Origin: Azolla caroliniana | Taxonomy: Eukaryota > Plantae > Polypodiophyta | Reading direction: 5' to 3' | Assembly: GCA_043228905.1 (NCBI GenBank) | Contig: JBHGNT010000017.1 | Span: 8,680,001-8,744,000, forward strand | DNA length: 64,000 nt | Part shown: positions 28,252-42,300 of the stretch, piece by piece | Position numbering within the stretch: the stretch's first letter is position 1 | How the letters are laid out: each line of letters starts with the position of its first letter | Notes under the pieces: model-generated | What the model was told of the DNA's origin: nothing | Database searches by the model: none | The model's input: the letters and a program-made list of their open reading frames with translations, nothing else | Translations under genes and position numbers: made by a program

Positions 28252-28889
28252 GCTATCCGAGAGGGAACCGAGCAGGAGCAATGCGAGTACCTCATCGGCG
28301 AGAGGTACTTCCAACGAGGTGGCTTGATGTATCAACCCCTGGAAGGCATTCATGTGCTCTGCCATACTGGAGTCGTCCTAGTACCGGAGCCTCACTAGCT
28401 TCCGGAATACTGAAACCCGATTAACGGCATTCTTGTTCTAGAACATGATGTCTGTTAACTCTTAGGGCCGGACAATGGCCTAACACAGGGTGTCTAAGGA
28501 AAACACTTCACCAAAGGGGTGTTACGGCAAGAGGATTAGGCTCAACGATTAATCCGACTTAATTAGGCTACTTAGCAAGATCGTCCTTAATAATCACACA
28601 CGTAAGATATAACAATGAATGCAGAACGGCAATTAACATAAAGAGATAAAAAACACTAAGCTTCATTAATTATCCGCTGCTCATTACATTGTATCCGGGC
28701 CTTTAAATAGGTTTCTGGTTTGTAGTACAAAACGGTGCCATCCGCACCTGTTCGGGATCGGTCCGGATCCGGAACGGCATACCGATTCGGGTCCGTCCGT
28801 CCACACTAATAGCTTACTTACAACCATTCCTAATAATTAAATAACTCCTTCGTTTCACACTCTAGACTCCTATGCCGGCCGGTAACACA

Positions 28890-28929
28890 TGGCACGCCCG
28901 TGGGACAGTACCTTGTACGTCGAATCCAC
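28890..28929 (-). other. tRNA-Arg-like 3'-half module at the PPT position (copy E)
   Basis: Minus strand GTGGATTCGAC-GTAC-AAG-GTAC-TGTCCCACGGGCGTGCCA, then TG, then the LTR TG. Confidence 0.85.
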
Positions 28930-29703
28930 CATCCGACCCTTGCTATTCTTCGTCCAAAATATCCAGAATGCTTTGTTCGAGAGTCTCCAATGGTTCATCT
29001 GGAATTGGTTGTTGTTGTTGTTGTGGTTGTTGTTGTTGTTGTTGCTGCTCCGTTGATGGCTGCTGCGACTGGTCCTTTGGTGGTGGTTGTGGCTCCTCCT
29101 CCGTTTGTTGCTCTGACACCGGCGTTTTCGTCGTTGCTCCCTCCGTCGTAGTGGTCTCTGGCTCACTGGTTCCGGCTTGGCCCTCGGCCGGAGACGGTTC
29201 CTCATCACTAAGGTTAACCGTTGCCGCTTCCCGTGCTTTTTCTTCCCGAACCCGGGACCGCTCGTAGCTTTCAAACTGTATTTGAGCGTCCAACCTATCA
29301 TCGTCTAGCTGAGCTACGAGTTGCCGGACCTGCACCAGCTGTTCATCCGCCAGGACTTGGAAGTCTTCGGTCAGCTCGTCCCGTATGGCGGTGAAGTCCT
29401 CGGAAGTCAACGTGTAACAATCATCTCCTTCCTTCCGCCGGTTTTCCACGTCTGCCCGTAGAAATTGGAGTTCCGCCGTATTTTGTGCCCACTTTGTCCA
29501 CCATTTTACGGAGCTTTCATCAATCAAGCGTTTTGTCTGATTCAGCCATGCCCGGAGGATGCACTGAATCCGGCCCGTTCCCATCTGCGATTTGATCTCC
29601 GCAGCTTGTCGTTCCTCCTTCAATTGCTTGATGATTTTGACGTTGTCTTCCGCCTGCTCCTTGTAATGCGTCAATTGCCTTTGATATGTGCTTTGTAATT
29701 TTT

Positions 29704-30179
29704 GCAATACCGTTGACGCTCTCTCCCTTTCTTCCTGGTGCTGAATCTGGACCTCCATCCGGACCTTCTCCGCCTCATCCAACCGTCTTGTATTTTCCGC
29801 TCGTCGTCGGCAAGCGCCGTCGCAGCCTGATCAACTTCTTGCCGGAGCTTGGCCATCCGTTCCTTATGCTCTGTTTCCAGCCGTTTGTAGTCCCGGTGCA
29901 GGTGCTCAAAATCATCTGTCTTTTGCTTGAGCCGTACGTTGCAATACCGTTGAAGCTCTCTCCCTTTCTTCCTGCTGCTGAATCTGGACCTCCATCCGGA
30001 CCTTCTCCGCCTCATCCAACCGTCTTGTATTTTCCGCTCGTTCATCGGCAAGCGCCATCGCAGCTTGATCAACTTCTTGTCGGAGCTTGGCCATCCGTTC
30101 CTTATGCTCTGTTTCCAGCCGTTTGTAGTCCCGGTGCAGGTGCTCAAAATCATCTGTCTTTTGCTTGAGCCGTACGTTG
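29704..30179. repeat. Tandem duplication (~237 bp) in the coiled-coil part of the extra ORF of E
   Basis: GCAATACCGTTGA at 29704 and 29941 begin near-identical units. Confidence 0.85.
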
Positions 30180-33100
30180 ATCTATCGACGGGCCCGGTCC
30201 TCGCGGTCCTTCTGCTGGCGGAGCTCCTCCTTTAGCCGTTCAATTTCCGTTTCTGCCGTCTTCCGCAGCTTGTCCTTTTCCTGCAGCACTTCGTCTTTTT
30301 CCTCCCTTAGCCGGTCGTAAGCTTAATGGCCTTTCCGGAGGCTCTCCTCTGCCCGGCGGAGGTTCTCAGCAGTCTTCTTTAATTCTGCCCCGGCCGTGGT
30401 CTTCAATTCCCGTTCACGGCTCCTTAGCGCTTCTTGTGCGGTAAGTTCATCTCTCAATTCCGCAAGCTCCTAGGCTTGCGCCACATCTCTCTCTGGAACG
30501 GTTTCCGTTGCCGGGGTCACTGGTGATTTGATCTGTGTTGCCGTTAAGGCCATTTTGGCCATTTCTGCCGTGACCTGATCCAAGTCTTTTTCAAGGCACC
30601 GGATTCTGGACCGGGCCGTCTCTAGTTGTTCGGTTGTGACGAGCAACCGTTCGCTTTGCGCTCTTTCTTCCGCCTCAATATACCCCACTGCTCCGGCAAT
30701 CTGTTCGCCTATCCACCGGAGCCACAGGCTACCGGTGCATTGTTGTTGCGCTTCTATGGCGGTTTGATGGATGGGCTCGCTTGTGGATGGGTGGTCCCGC
30801 CTGATTGCGCCGAGTTGCAATTCCGTTTCTGCCCGTGGACCACCCTGCTGTCTTGGTTCCCCTTGCGCTTCTTCTTGGTTGGCCGAGGGAGGCTGTATTG
30901 ACCTTTCCGGCTCTAGCGGAATGGGACTTGTCGGTGCTGCCGGTGGTGCGGGGCTTCTGATTCCAGTGCCATGCGCACCGGTTCCGGTTCCTCCCTTGGC
31001 GTGGGAGTCTTAGTATGGGGAGGGTCCGAACGTTTCCCGGCTGCCTCAACGGTCCTTGCCGACGACCGTCGCTGGAGGTGCTCCATAGGCTCCTCCTCTA
31101 TTTCCTCTTCCTGAGTCCCGGTATTGAGTTTCGCCGCCAAGGGGTCCGCTTTTCTATTCACCGGTCGGCGGAGTGTGATCTTTACGGGCCGTACTGGAGA
31201 TTCCTCCTGCGCATCCGTTGGCCGCTTCCGGTTGTCGCTCTCCTTTCCTACATGTTCTACGTCCGCCGCCTTCCCCTTAGTGGCCTTAGAGGCCAACAAC
31301 TATTGTCTTTTGGAAACAGTCTTTGGGGTGCCGTCCGCCACTCTTCCCCGCTTCTTGGGCTCGACGGGCTCGACGGGTGCCACAAGCAAGGTGAGCCACT
31401 GCATTATTGCGTGCCATATCCTCCGTCCGTCTCGGCCTTCTTTGTCGTCTTTTCCTCTGATGATCTCGATCGCCACACACAAACCGTCTGCGATCAATAC
31501 CGGCCAATCCACCTTGATCTCTTCATAGGTGGCGATGATCATTCCTGCCCGGTTCTGCGGCATGACAGGGGGTCTAGGGTACACATGGCCGTATTCGTGG
31601 AGGACACGGGCAATCTCACGGAACAACATATCTTCGCCGCCCTGTGTCCGGTAGCCCTTGCTGGCTAGGGAGTACTCACCAAAATACTTGATGAGTTGCT
31701 CCGAGGTCGGATTGTCAATCGTGAATATGCCTCCCTCCGGAAGGCCTGTTAATGCACGGATCGCCTCATCCGTTATGACCTCTGTGTCGATTTCTTTGAT
31801 CACCTTGTCGGCTTCTTTGTGTGGCGGTGCCTCCATAATTGTCAAGAAGCCCTCGAGCCCGTGTTGCTTTAGCCATTTCTTGGCGGCTTCCGGCAGCGTT
31901 TGCGGGTCCATGTCTGTGTCGAGGTCGGATTGTGGTGGCGAGGTTGGATGGTGATGAGAGTGAGAGTGAGAGAGAGAGAGTTCAGAAAGCAGGGGTTCTC
32001 TATGCGTAGGTTCTCGTCTGATGATCTTCAAACGCCTTGGTGCTTCTGCGCTCCTGGGTTCGCGAAAGTAGAGGGTCTCCATGCGCAGTGGTTTTTCTTT
32101 GTGCATTCTGGCGCCTTTTTCGAGCATGTGCACGTCGTGTACTAAAATAGCATTATGTGATGTGGCGGCCCTTCAATGCCCACTACGTACCTTTTCGCTC
32201 CTCGCTCTCCCGTCCATTCATACCTCACTTTTGCATGATTACTTCGCTTTTCTTTTTCCTTTTCTTTTCTTAAATGTAGTGTGAGGTTACTTGTCCGTTG
32301 GTCCTATCGGACCCTTACCGGCCTCATTACGGTTGCCGTTTCCCTCACCGGTTCCCTCACCGGTGTTGGTCCTTTGCTCAAATGGGTTCTTGGGCATCGG
32401 TCCTCTATATGGCTTCAATCTGAATCCGTTGACCCATTTGCCTAGCACTTCACCGACAAGTGTCCCTAACTGGTAGGACCCATTATACTCACGTGTCAGC
32501 CAATACGGGCCGGTCCATCTAAACCGTAGTTTACCCGGCATCTTGCCCATCCGGGTCTGAAATACTAACACCGGCTTGCCGATTTCGAACATGTTTTCAT
32601 TTCCTTTCCGGTGTCGGTCGACAAATGCTTTCCGTCGCCGTTGTTCCAATTCTAAGTGCAGGATGCTTGCCAGTTATTGTTCCTCGAGTTCACACAGCGC
32701 TGTTAACCGTATTGCCTCCGACTCCTTCTCGTTCAGCCGTTCCCGTAGCTAGATCCGTAAGCTTGGTACTTGGAATTCCACCGGCATGACCGCCTCTAGT
32801 CCGAACGCTAACCGGAACGGTGTGGTTCGGATGCTCGTTTTGTATGTTGTCCGATATGCCCAAAGCGCGCTATGTAGCTTGGTATCCCAATCCATTTGGT
32901 TTTCGTTGACGATCTTCCGGAGGATATTCTGGAGCGTTTTGTTCGTCGACTCAGCTAACCTGTTTGCTTGCGGATTGTACGGTGTGCTCCGTTTATGGAC
33001 AACGGCATAGAATGTCGTCAAGCTTTCAACTACTTGGCCGAGAAAGTGCCCCCCTTGGTCCCTTATTAATTCGATAGGGCATCCGTAACGGCACCAGATG

Positions 33101-36100
33101 TATTCGTATAGAAATTTTGTCGTTGACACAGCGGTGTTGTCTCTTAAGGCTTTGGCCTCCACCCATTTCGTGCAGTAATCCGTCGCGACGATGACGTACC
33201 GATTACCTGTTCTCATTGTCGGTGGTTTGAACGGTCCAACAAAGTCCAGCCCCCACTTCTGGAATGGTTCGAGTGGTAGTACAGGCTGGTGTGGCATCCG
33301 AGCCTGCTCCGTTGGCTGGCCCATTCGCTGGCATAGGTCACATTCTTTTGCGTACTGTACAACATCTCTTAAGGTCGTTGGCCACCATAGGCCACTTTGC
33401 CATATTTTCTTGGCCGTCGCATCTCCGGCATAGTCACCTCCGGCAACTCCGCAGTGGGCTTCCCTCAGTATGAGGTCCTTTTCATCGCTGCGCACAGCCC
33501 GTCTCCATATGCCATCCGCACCCTTGTGGTAAAGTGTGTCTTGCAGTAAGCAGAAATGTCGGCTTTGCACCGCCAGGTGTTTCCTTTCGTCCCGGTTCAT
33601 CTCCTCCGGAGGCAGTCCTGTGCTCAGAAACTGGAGCATTTTTGTGAGCCACTTGTCTTCCTGTGCCACCGTCTCATCTGCTGTCGTTTCCGTAGTCACT
33701 CAAAACAGCTCCGCATTCGGAAACTCGTTCGCTACTCCGTCGCCCGTCTCTCCAGACTCTAATCGGCTTAAATAATCCGCTAAAACATGCTGTATACCGG
33801 GTCAGTGGAATATTTCGAACTCGAATTCCTATAACAATAAGGTCCATCGGGCCAACTTACCGGTGAGCGACGCCTTGGACACCAGGTAGAGGAGTGTCGA
33901 ATGATCTACATGGAAGGAAAACTTCCTTCCCAATAAATAATGCCGAAACTTTGTCACACTGTAGATCATCCCTAGAGCTTCCCGTTCCATGGTAGAGTAG
34001 TTCCGTTCCGCTTGGGATAGCTTTCGGCTGGCATAGTACACTGGCCGGTACCACTTTGGCTCCGTAAGTTGCATCAGTGCGCTTCCGATTGCGATGTCGG
34101 AGGCGTCCACGAACACATGAAATTCTTTACTCCAATCCGAAGGCTGCACTACCGGTGCTTGCGACAATAGTACCTTGAGGGCCGTATACGCCCTATCCTC
34201 GGTGTCCGTCCACTGGAATGGTGTTCGATGTACCGCGGCATGCAACGGTGTAGCCAGGTCGGCCAAGTATCGAAGCATCCGGCTGTGCCACCGGATCTGA
34301 CCTAAGAACCGGCTCAATGCCTTTGCCGTTACCGGCGCCGGTGCTTCTAATATGGCTTTCACTTTGTCCGGGTCGACTGCAATGCCTTCCTGGCTCACAA
34401 TATGTCCTAGTAGGGTTCCACTGGACACGCCAAATACACACTTCGCCGGTTTCAAGCTTAGCTAGTACGCTCTACACTTTTCTAGACAAAGACGGAGGTG
34501 CTGAAAATGGTCCTCTTCCCGGCTATAGACGGCGAAGTCGTCAAGGAAAACCTGCATAAAAGACAGTATATATTCACCAAAGATTTCCATGATGATTCGT
34601 TGGAATGTTGCCGGTGCCGTTTTGAGTCCGAACATCATCACCATGGCCACAAACACCCCCCATTTGGTGACGAAAGCCGTTTTCTCTTGGTTGTCGGGGT
34701 GCATCCGGATCTGATTATACCCGTTGAATCCGTCTAGAAAGCTATAGACCTCATGCCCGGCAACGGCATCCACTCCATCTGTGAACGGAAGTGGAAACGC
34801 ACCTGTTACCGTAGCCGCATTGAGTTTCCGGCAGTCCACACAAACTCGAATTTTTCCATTTTTCTTCGATACGACTACGATCGGGCTCAGCCATGTCGCT
34901 TTCTTTACCGGACGGATAAAGCCAACTCTTAGTAGTTTGTCGATTTCCTCCTTGACTTTGGCGGCATAATTGGGATTCATCAGGTACCGTCTTTGTGCCA
35001 CTGGTTTTGTGTCCTTGCTCAAGTGAATCTGATGCTGGTATTATTGAGGGTCGAGCCCTCGCATGTCTTCGTATGACCAGGCAAACACATCGCGAAATTC
35101 CGTGAGAAGTGTGATCATCGCCGTTTTGTCTTCGGACTTCATCTCCTTGGCGATGTGCACCGGTTTTGCTTCGTCCGTGGTCCCTAGGTTCACCTCTTCA
35201 AGTTGCGACGCTTTTACGTGCTGTGAAATGGCCATTTCCCGTTCCAACGCTTCCTACGGTTGCCATAACTCTCGGATTGCGTCCTTATCCAGTTCTGCTT
35301 CAGTCTCTTCCGGCTACAGTAAGTATGGTGCTACTGCTTCGGCAATGTCAATTTCGAAGAGGGGTACGATCTTCGGGTTTTCCTGCAAGTATTGAGCTTC
35401 TTCTTCGTCAGCTAACCCTTCTAGCATGTTGACGCACTCTGCATTCAACGGTGTACATTCCTTGCTAGTGCTCATCCTTGGCTGTGTTGGTACACGTACC
35501 GTGGCTTTTCCTCGCCGGAAGGTAATTATATTTTTCCTCCAATTCTGTTTGATATGTGTTGTTTTCAACCACGGCCGCCCCAGCAATAGCGGGTACGTGC
35601 CTTGTGCCTGTAATTGTAGCACTACTGCCGAGATGTGAAATGTATGACCGCCAACGGTGACTTCTAATTTTCGTATTAATCCTGTCGGCCGCACTGAGCT
35701 TGTATCAATCATCCATAACCAGAACGGACACGGCTCCCACTCGTGGATTCCGAGGGCATCACACATCCTGAGGCTTTTTACATTCACACCAGAGCCTCCG
35801 TCTATTACTATGTTGGGGAATTCTTTCCCTTTTACAATGGCAGTAATTACCGGACTATTGGTGTCCACCACCGTTGGTCCCTCCTCTGGATTCGAGAAGA
35901 GTACCGGTGATTCGAGAAGAGTACCGGTGCTGGTGATGATTCTCCTTCCGTCATGGCTATCTTCAGTCCTTCCGTGAATCTCGGCACGAGCTGTAGGAGT
36001 CTTCCTAGTGGCAGCGTAATCTAGCATTCTTGCAACGCCTGCCATGTCTCGTTCTCGGAGTGACTGCCGCCAGCAAGCCCTACAGTGTTCTCCTTTTGCC

Positions 36101-39100
36101 GCTCTAAGTCTGTTACGTTTTGCTCGTTTGCTTTCTTCACCCATTCCGTCGCTTGCTTCCGGATGGTCTCCTGCGTCTCCCATTCCTTGGCCATGCCCTT
36201 CGACCTTGTGGTCACCTACTGCAAATCTGCCACTTCAGGTACTACCATATTTACTGTCGGTCGTTTGTCATAGCTCTTTGTCGGGCATTGATTACTATAA
36301 TGGCCTTCATGTCGGCAGTAGTAGCAGTAGGCTTTCCGGGTATTGCTGGATTCGGCATTGTTTGTTGTATCCGGGGCAGGTCCTGTGGTAAGCGCGGGGT
36401 TTTGGGTCGGTTGGCTGCTTGAAGCTCCTTGTTCCGGATCCCGTGGGTGGCCGCCTTTTCTGAAATGCCGTTTTTTGTTATAGTTCTTCTTATTGTGGTA
36501 CTCTTGACGAGGTTGGTCGTTATATCTGCCGTATTCCTCCCGTTGTTGATGATACCCGGGGGAGTGCTCCCAGTCGTAATGTTCGTATCATCTATTGTAA
36601 TCCCGGTACCGATCATATCTATCGTATCGGTCATAGTTATCCCGCCGATCACCATACCGGACATCATTCTCCCGTCGATCGCCATACCGGACATCCTGTG
36701 CCGGTCGGTCGCGGTCCATTAGCCGCCAGCGTTCCTCTTCTTCATCCCGGCTGCTGCGTGGCTCTATTTGTCGAACGGGCGGTGCTTGCCGGTTCAATAG
36801 ATTATATTCGCACCTATCCGTCGTATGGCCCTTGGATTGACAGATTACACATTGCGTCCTCATAGTGCATTCAAGTGCCGAGTGTCCGAAATTCAAGCAG
36901 GTTGTGCACTGCATTGCTTGCCGAAACCGGAGGTCTTCATCGGATGGTAACGCCCGTTGGAGTGCTCCCAGTGTGAGCCAAGAGCTTGTCTTTTCCATCT
37001 CTCTCACCCGGTCAATGACCTGGTCGATGGTACTTGCGCGGAAGTCAATTACCGTGCAAACCGTGCATAGGGGTTCCCGGGCGCATTTAGGAATATAGTC
37101 TGTAATTCCTCCTCCGGGGGTGCGCGGGCAAGCTGACTATGCATCCGTTGAAACCGGATGACAAACTAGGGAATGCTCTCCCCTGCCTCCTATCGGATGG
37201 TATAAAATAAGCCCACCATTACTATCTGGTCCACCTCCTTTTGGAAAAAATGCAAGAATTTAGCTTTTAAATCTACGAAGATGGTGATGGTAGACGGGTC
37301 CTGCGTCCGGCGCCATCTCGCTGCTAGTCCCTCCAATGTGACGCCAAATTCTGCTATCTTAGAGCATTCCTCTTCCTCCGGGATCAATCGCTGGGACACA
37401 TGGTTTGCTTCCCATGTTTGTTCAAAGGCGTGAACATGAGCTTCCGCGTCTGGATCCTCTCTATACTTGGAGTACTCGAACGACATGTCGTCGTCCGGTA
37501 TCGGTGCGCGGGCTGGCGGTGTTTGTGGTCGTTCCTGGTTTTTCTCCGGCGTCAGTGGTCTTTCCTCTTCTTTTGGTGACGGAGGCCTCTCCTCCTCAAC
37601 TTCCGGTGTCGAAGGTCGCTCTTCCTCTGCTGGTTCCGGAGGTTCCAGCCTTAGCACTTCCGGTTCCGATGTCGGTAAGGTGTCTGATCCTTCATCCTCC
37701 GGTCCGCCCGGGGTTTCGTTGCTGCTGCGGTAGTTCGTGTGCACGCTGTATTCCCCTTCGGAATCTCATTCATACGCTGAGAAGGCTTCTGCTTCGCCTT
37801 CTCCGCTTGCCAACGCCTGGAGAAGGGATTCGGTTTCCCAGAGGCTGCTTAGGCTGTTGTCGTCGTCCGGGTGCAATGTTTGCTGTAACCAGAGGGACTC
37901 CTCCGCTACTCTCCGGATTACGTTGGAAAACGAGCGATCCGCTCTAATTTCCTGCGCCGCTTGCTAGAAAGCCTCACGTCTCCTTTGCCTTTCGGCAAGG
38001 CATCGAGTTCGATCTATAACCAGGTCGTGCGTTGATCTAGTCATCCATTCGTGTCGTCGTTCGCTGCAAAAACAGGAATCGTGGTCGGCAAAAACTGTGT
38101 TAACTCTTAGGGCCAGACAATGGCCTAACACAGGGTGTCTACGGAAAACACTTCACTAAAGGGGTGTTACGGCAAGAGGATTAGGCTCAACGATTAATCC
38201 GACTTAATTAGGCTACTTAGCAAGATCGTCCTTAATAATCACACGCGTAAGATATAACAATGAATGCAGAACGACAATTAACACAGAGAGATAAAAAACA
38301 CTAAGCTTCATTAATTATCCATTGCTCATTACATTGTATCCGGGCCTTTAAATAGGTTTCCGGTTTGTAGTACAAAACGGTGCCATCCGCACCTATTCGG
38401 GATCGGTCCGGATCATGAACGGCATACCGATTCCGGTCCATCCGTCCACACTAATAGCTTACTTACAACCATTCCTAATAATTAAATAACTCCTTCGTTT
38501 CACACTCTGGACTCCTATGCCGGCCGGTAACAATGTCGATCTTCTCCCAGAGTTCATGAGCCTTGCTCTCTTCATTGAAGTTGTTGTACAGGGTCATGTC
38601 AATGAAGCACCGGAGGTATGAGGTCATCTTCATGTGCATCACCTCCCACATTGTGGCATCGATATTATCCGATCTCTTGTCCCTGAATTGAAATGGCAAC
38701 CAAATATCTTTAACCACCAGCATATCCCTCATCTTTGACTTCCACACTAAGTAGTTGGAGTCGGTGAGCTTGAACATGCCGCCAAACGATTCTTCCATTT
38801 CCTGTGTTGTTCGCTCTATTACCAGATTGAAAGAAAATAGCGCGGAATATTGCTCGGTCACAACCAAGTCTTGGATCACTTCGATGAGAGTGCAACATAG
38901 AAATGGGAATAGACGTACACCCAAAAAGGGATACACAGGATGTTTACATGGAAAGCCCTAACAGGGAAAAACCACGGGAGCCCACAGACTCCAAACTATC
39001 ACTATATGAGAAAGGTACAATCAGAGACACGAAGGCAACGACCTCGAGCTCTATTTCTTCGCGAAGTGGTTGTTACAACAGAGTATCGTTCTGTATCTCT

Positions 39101-39369
39101 CTATCTCTATACAACGGTTATACACATACAACAATATGACAATAACCACACACAAAAGTGATTGCCCTAAGTCATATTTATACTTATATGAACTTAGGGC
39201 TATTTACAAATATAGCCTCAATAGGCTTACTCAAAACATATTTACAAATATGTCTTCTCTTCTGGTTCTCACCAGGTCCATCCAATCCAGTTTCCGCATC
39301 TATTCCGGTTCTCACCGAGTCCTCTTCATTTATAACCGGATCCCATCCAGAGGGACCGATTTCCCAACA

Positions 39370-42300
39370 CCATGTACTCCGCCTCCGTGGTTGACAACGC
39401 AACCGTCTTCTGCAGCCTCCATTGCCACGAAACAACTCCCCCTGCATAAGTCATGACATATTCGGATGTAGATCGGTTGGCTGGTATCCGCATTAGCCGA
39501 CATGTCCGAATCGATGAAGCCTTCCAAGAGGGGTTTACCGGAGCCAAATCGGAGGCACATACTCGAGGTTCCTTTCAGATACCTGAGTATCCACTTGACC
39601 GCGTTCTAGTGCTCTTTTCCAGGATTGCTCATGAACCGGCTAACTACTCCGATTACGTAACCGATGTTTGGTCGGGTACACACCATTGCATACATTAGGC
39701 TTCCGACTGTAGAGGCATACGGTATCTTCGTCATATCCGACTTCTTTGCCTTTGTCTTCGGGCTTTGCTTTCCGGACAACTTGCAATTTGTCGGAAGTGT
39801 TGATCCGACCGGTTTCGCCTCCGACATGTTGAACCTTTGGAGTACCTTTGTCACGTACTTCTCCTGTGACAACCACAACAACTTCTTCAACTGGTCCTAG
39901 ATGATGTGCATTCCCAATATCTGTCTTGCCACACCCAAGTCTTTCATTGAGAAGGTTTTGTTCATAGACTTCTTCAGCATCCAAATATTGCCTTGGTCTC
40001 GTCCGACGATCAGCATATCATCCACATATAGGAGAAGTATCAGGAAATCTCCTCCGTCAAATTTCTTCACAAACACGTAGTGATCGGCCTGCATCTTGTG
40101 GTACCCTTGGTCGGTCATGAAGGAGTCGAACTTCTGGTACCATTGTCGGGGAGCTTGCTTTAGTCCGTATAAGTTCTTCTTCAGTTGGCACACCAGGTGC
40201 TCCTTCCCTTTCTTCTCAAATCCTTTAGGTTGATGCATGTAGATCTCTTCTTCAAGGTCGCCATGTAGGAATGCCGTCTTGACGTCCAGTTGCTCTACCT
40301 CGAGGTCCATGCTTGCCGCTATGCTCAATACCGTCCGGATGGATGTCATCTTTACTACCGGGGCAAAGATCTCATCGAAGTCCACTCCTTTCTTCTACCG
40401 GAAACCCTTCACTACAATTTGGGCTTTGTATCTCGACGGGTTTCGGGCATCTCCTGGTTTCACCTTGTACACCCACTTGTTTCGGAGTGCTCTCTTCCCT
40501 TTCGGCAACTCCGTTAGTTCATATTTGTGGTTCTCATGCACAGAATCCATCTCATCCTGCATGGCACTCAACCACTTGCGATTGTGGGTGTCTCTCTTTG
40601 TTTCTTCAAAGCTTTCCAACTGCCCCTCATCAGTTAGCAACACATGCTCTGCATCCAGAAATCTCCAGGGGGCTCTTCTCTCTCAGAGAGGATATCTCCG
40701 TCCTTGGTTTCTGACTACCGGTTCCTCCATTTGTTCTTCATCCTCATCTGATTCAGGATCTTGTCCGGTTCCGGTGTCTCCTTCTTCTTATTCTTCTTTG
40801 GTCGATTCTGTTTCTTGTCCATATCTGGCCGATTCGGCGAGTGTCATCCGGTTACCGGCTAACATCCAGTTTTCAACTGGGTAAGTCCTTGTGTCCTTAA
40901 ACCGGTTTTCATTGGATGATCCGGAGTTCATCATCTTCTTCTCCGACTCCCAGTCGGCAATGGTCTTGTCTTCCATGAAGACTATGTCCCGACTTCGGAA
41001 CACTTTCTTGTCGACCAGATCCCACACCCGATAACCGAACTCATCATCATCGTATCCAAGGAATATGCATGGCCTGGTTTTCGGATCCAGCTTTGCTATC
41101 TTGTCCTTTGCAACATGCACATATGCGAGACACCCGAACACCTTCATATGCCGGTAAGATACATCTTTACTAGTCCATACTTTCTTAGGTGAGTCTCCTT
41201 CCAAAGGTGTTGAGGGTGATCTGTTTATCACATAGGTCGTCGTCATCAGCGCCTCTGCCAAAACGTCTTGGGTAACTTGGCATGTGCAAGCATGCTCCGG
41301 ACTCTCTCCATTATGGTCTGGTTCATCCTTTTGGCTAGCCTATTTAGTTCCGGCATCTTCGGCATGGTAAACTCGAGCCGGATTCCCTTCGACCGGCAGT
41401 ACTCCTCGATTTGCCCCCGGTATTCTCCTCCATTGTCCGCTCAAACCTCCTTCAACTTCCGCCCGGTTTCTCTTTCCACTCTCGCATGGAGCTCCTTGAT
41501 GACAGATAGCACCTGATCCTTTGTCTTCAGCAGTGAGACCCGCAGCTTCCGACTGTGATCATCTATGAACGTCATGAAGTACTGTGATCCAGCATGTGAC
41601 TTCCTGTCCATTTGACATACATCGATATGCACCAACTCTAGTGGTGCATTCCGTCTCATCGGTGCTCTTAACCGGAAGGAGGTTCAGTATTGCTTGTCGG
41701 CCAAGCAGTCAATGCACTTCTCAAGATGTACGTCTTTCACCTCCGGAATGAGGTTGTCTTCGGCAAGTCTTCTCATCCCCTTCTGGCTCATATGACATAG
41801 TCTCTTGTGCCACAGCTCACCGGCAGTGTCGGATGCTACGTTCACTTCTTCCCGGCATGTTCGGGCATGCATCAAATATAGCGTGTTGATGTTCAGGGCT
41901 CAAGCCACTATTAGGCTCCCTTTGTTGAACTTCATAACTCCGTTTCAGATGCTACCCATGTAGCCTTCATCATCTAGTCGACCGGCTCATATTAGGTTTA
42001 GTCGAACCTCCGGAATGTGTCGGACATCCTTCAATAGCAACTTGCATCCGGTTGATATTGTCAATAACACATCTCCTATGCCAATAATTCGGCATGTACC
42101 TTCATTCCCCATCCGGACACAACCATGATCACCGGATGTGTAGGATGAGAAGCATTTCCAATCCGGTGTCAGGTGGAACGACGCTCCGGAATCGACAACC
42201 CACGTTTTCGTCGCCGACAAGGTATAACTCATTCTCCTTAATAATGAGCATCAGTTTTTCTTCACTTGTTGTGATTGCCGACGTTCCTTTCCGATCCGAT

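Larger units (their letters stand above)
28453..38532 (-). mobile_element. Full-length non-chromovirus Gypsy E: LTRs 38098-38532 and 28453-28887, disrupted gag-pol ~37950-32287, extra ORF 31911-28943
   Basis: Two 435-bp TG...CA LTRs, TSD ATGTC, domain order PR-RT-RH-INT, PBS-like TGCCGACCACG 7 nt after the 5' LTR. Confidence 0.95.
28252..39369 (-). mobile_element. Copia D2 (Tnt1/Tork-like): 5' LTR 38828-39369, Met-type PBS, gag start split by Gypsy E and cut by Gypsy F
   Basis: PBS TGGTAATAGAGC; gag MEESFGGMFKLTDSNY; gag resumes at 28452-28252, collinear with 42660-42860. Confidence 0.85.

Noticed and set aside
29007-29048. Cys-rich or Asn-rich ORFs over a (GTT)n repeat
   Set aside because: The repeat encodes poly-Gln in the extra-ORF tail of E; the other frames are artefacts.
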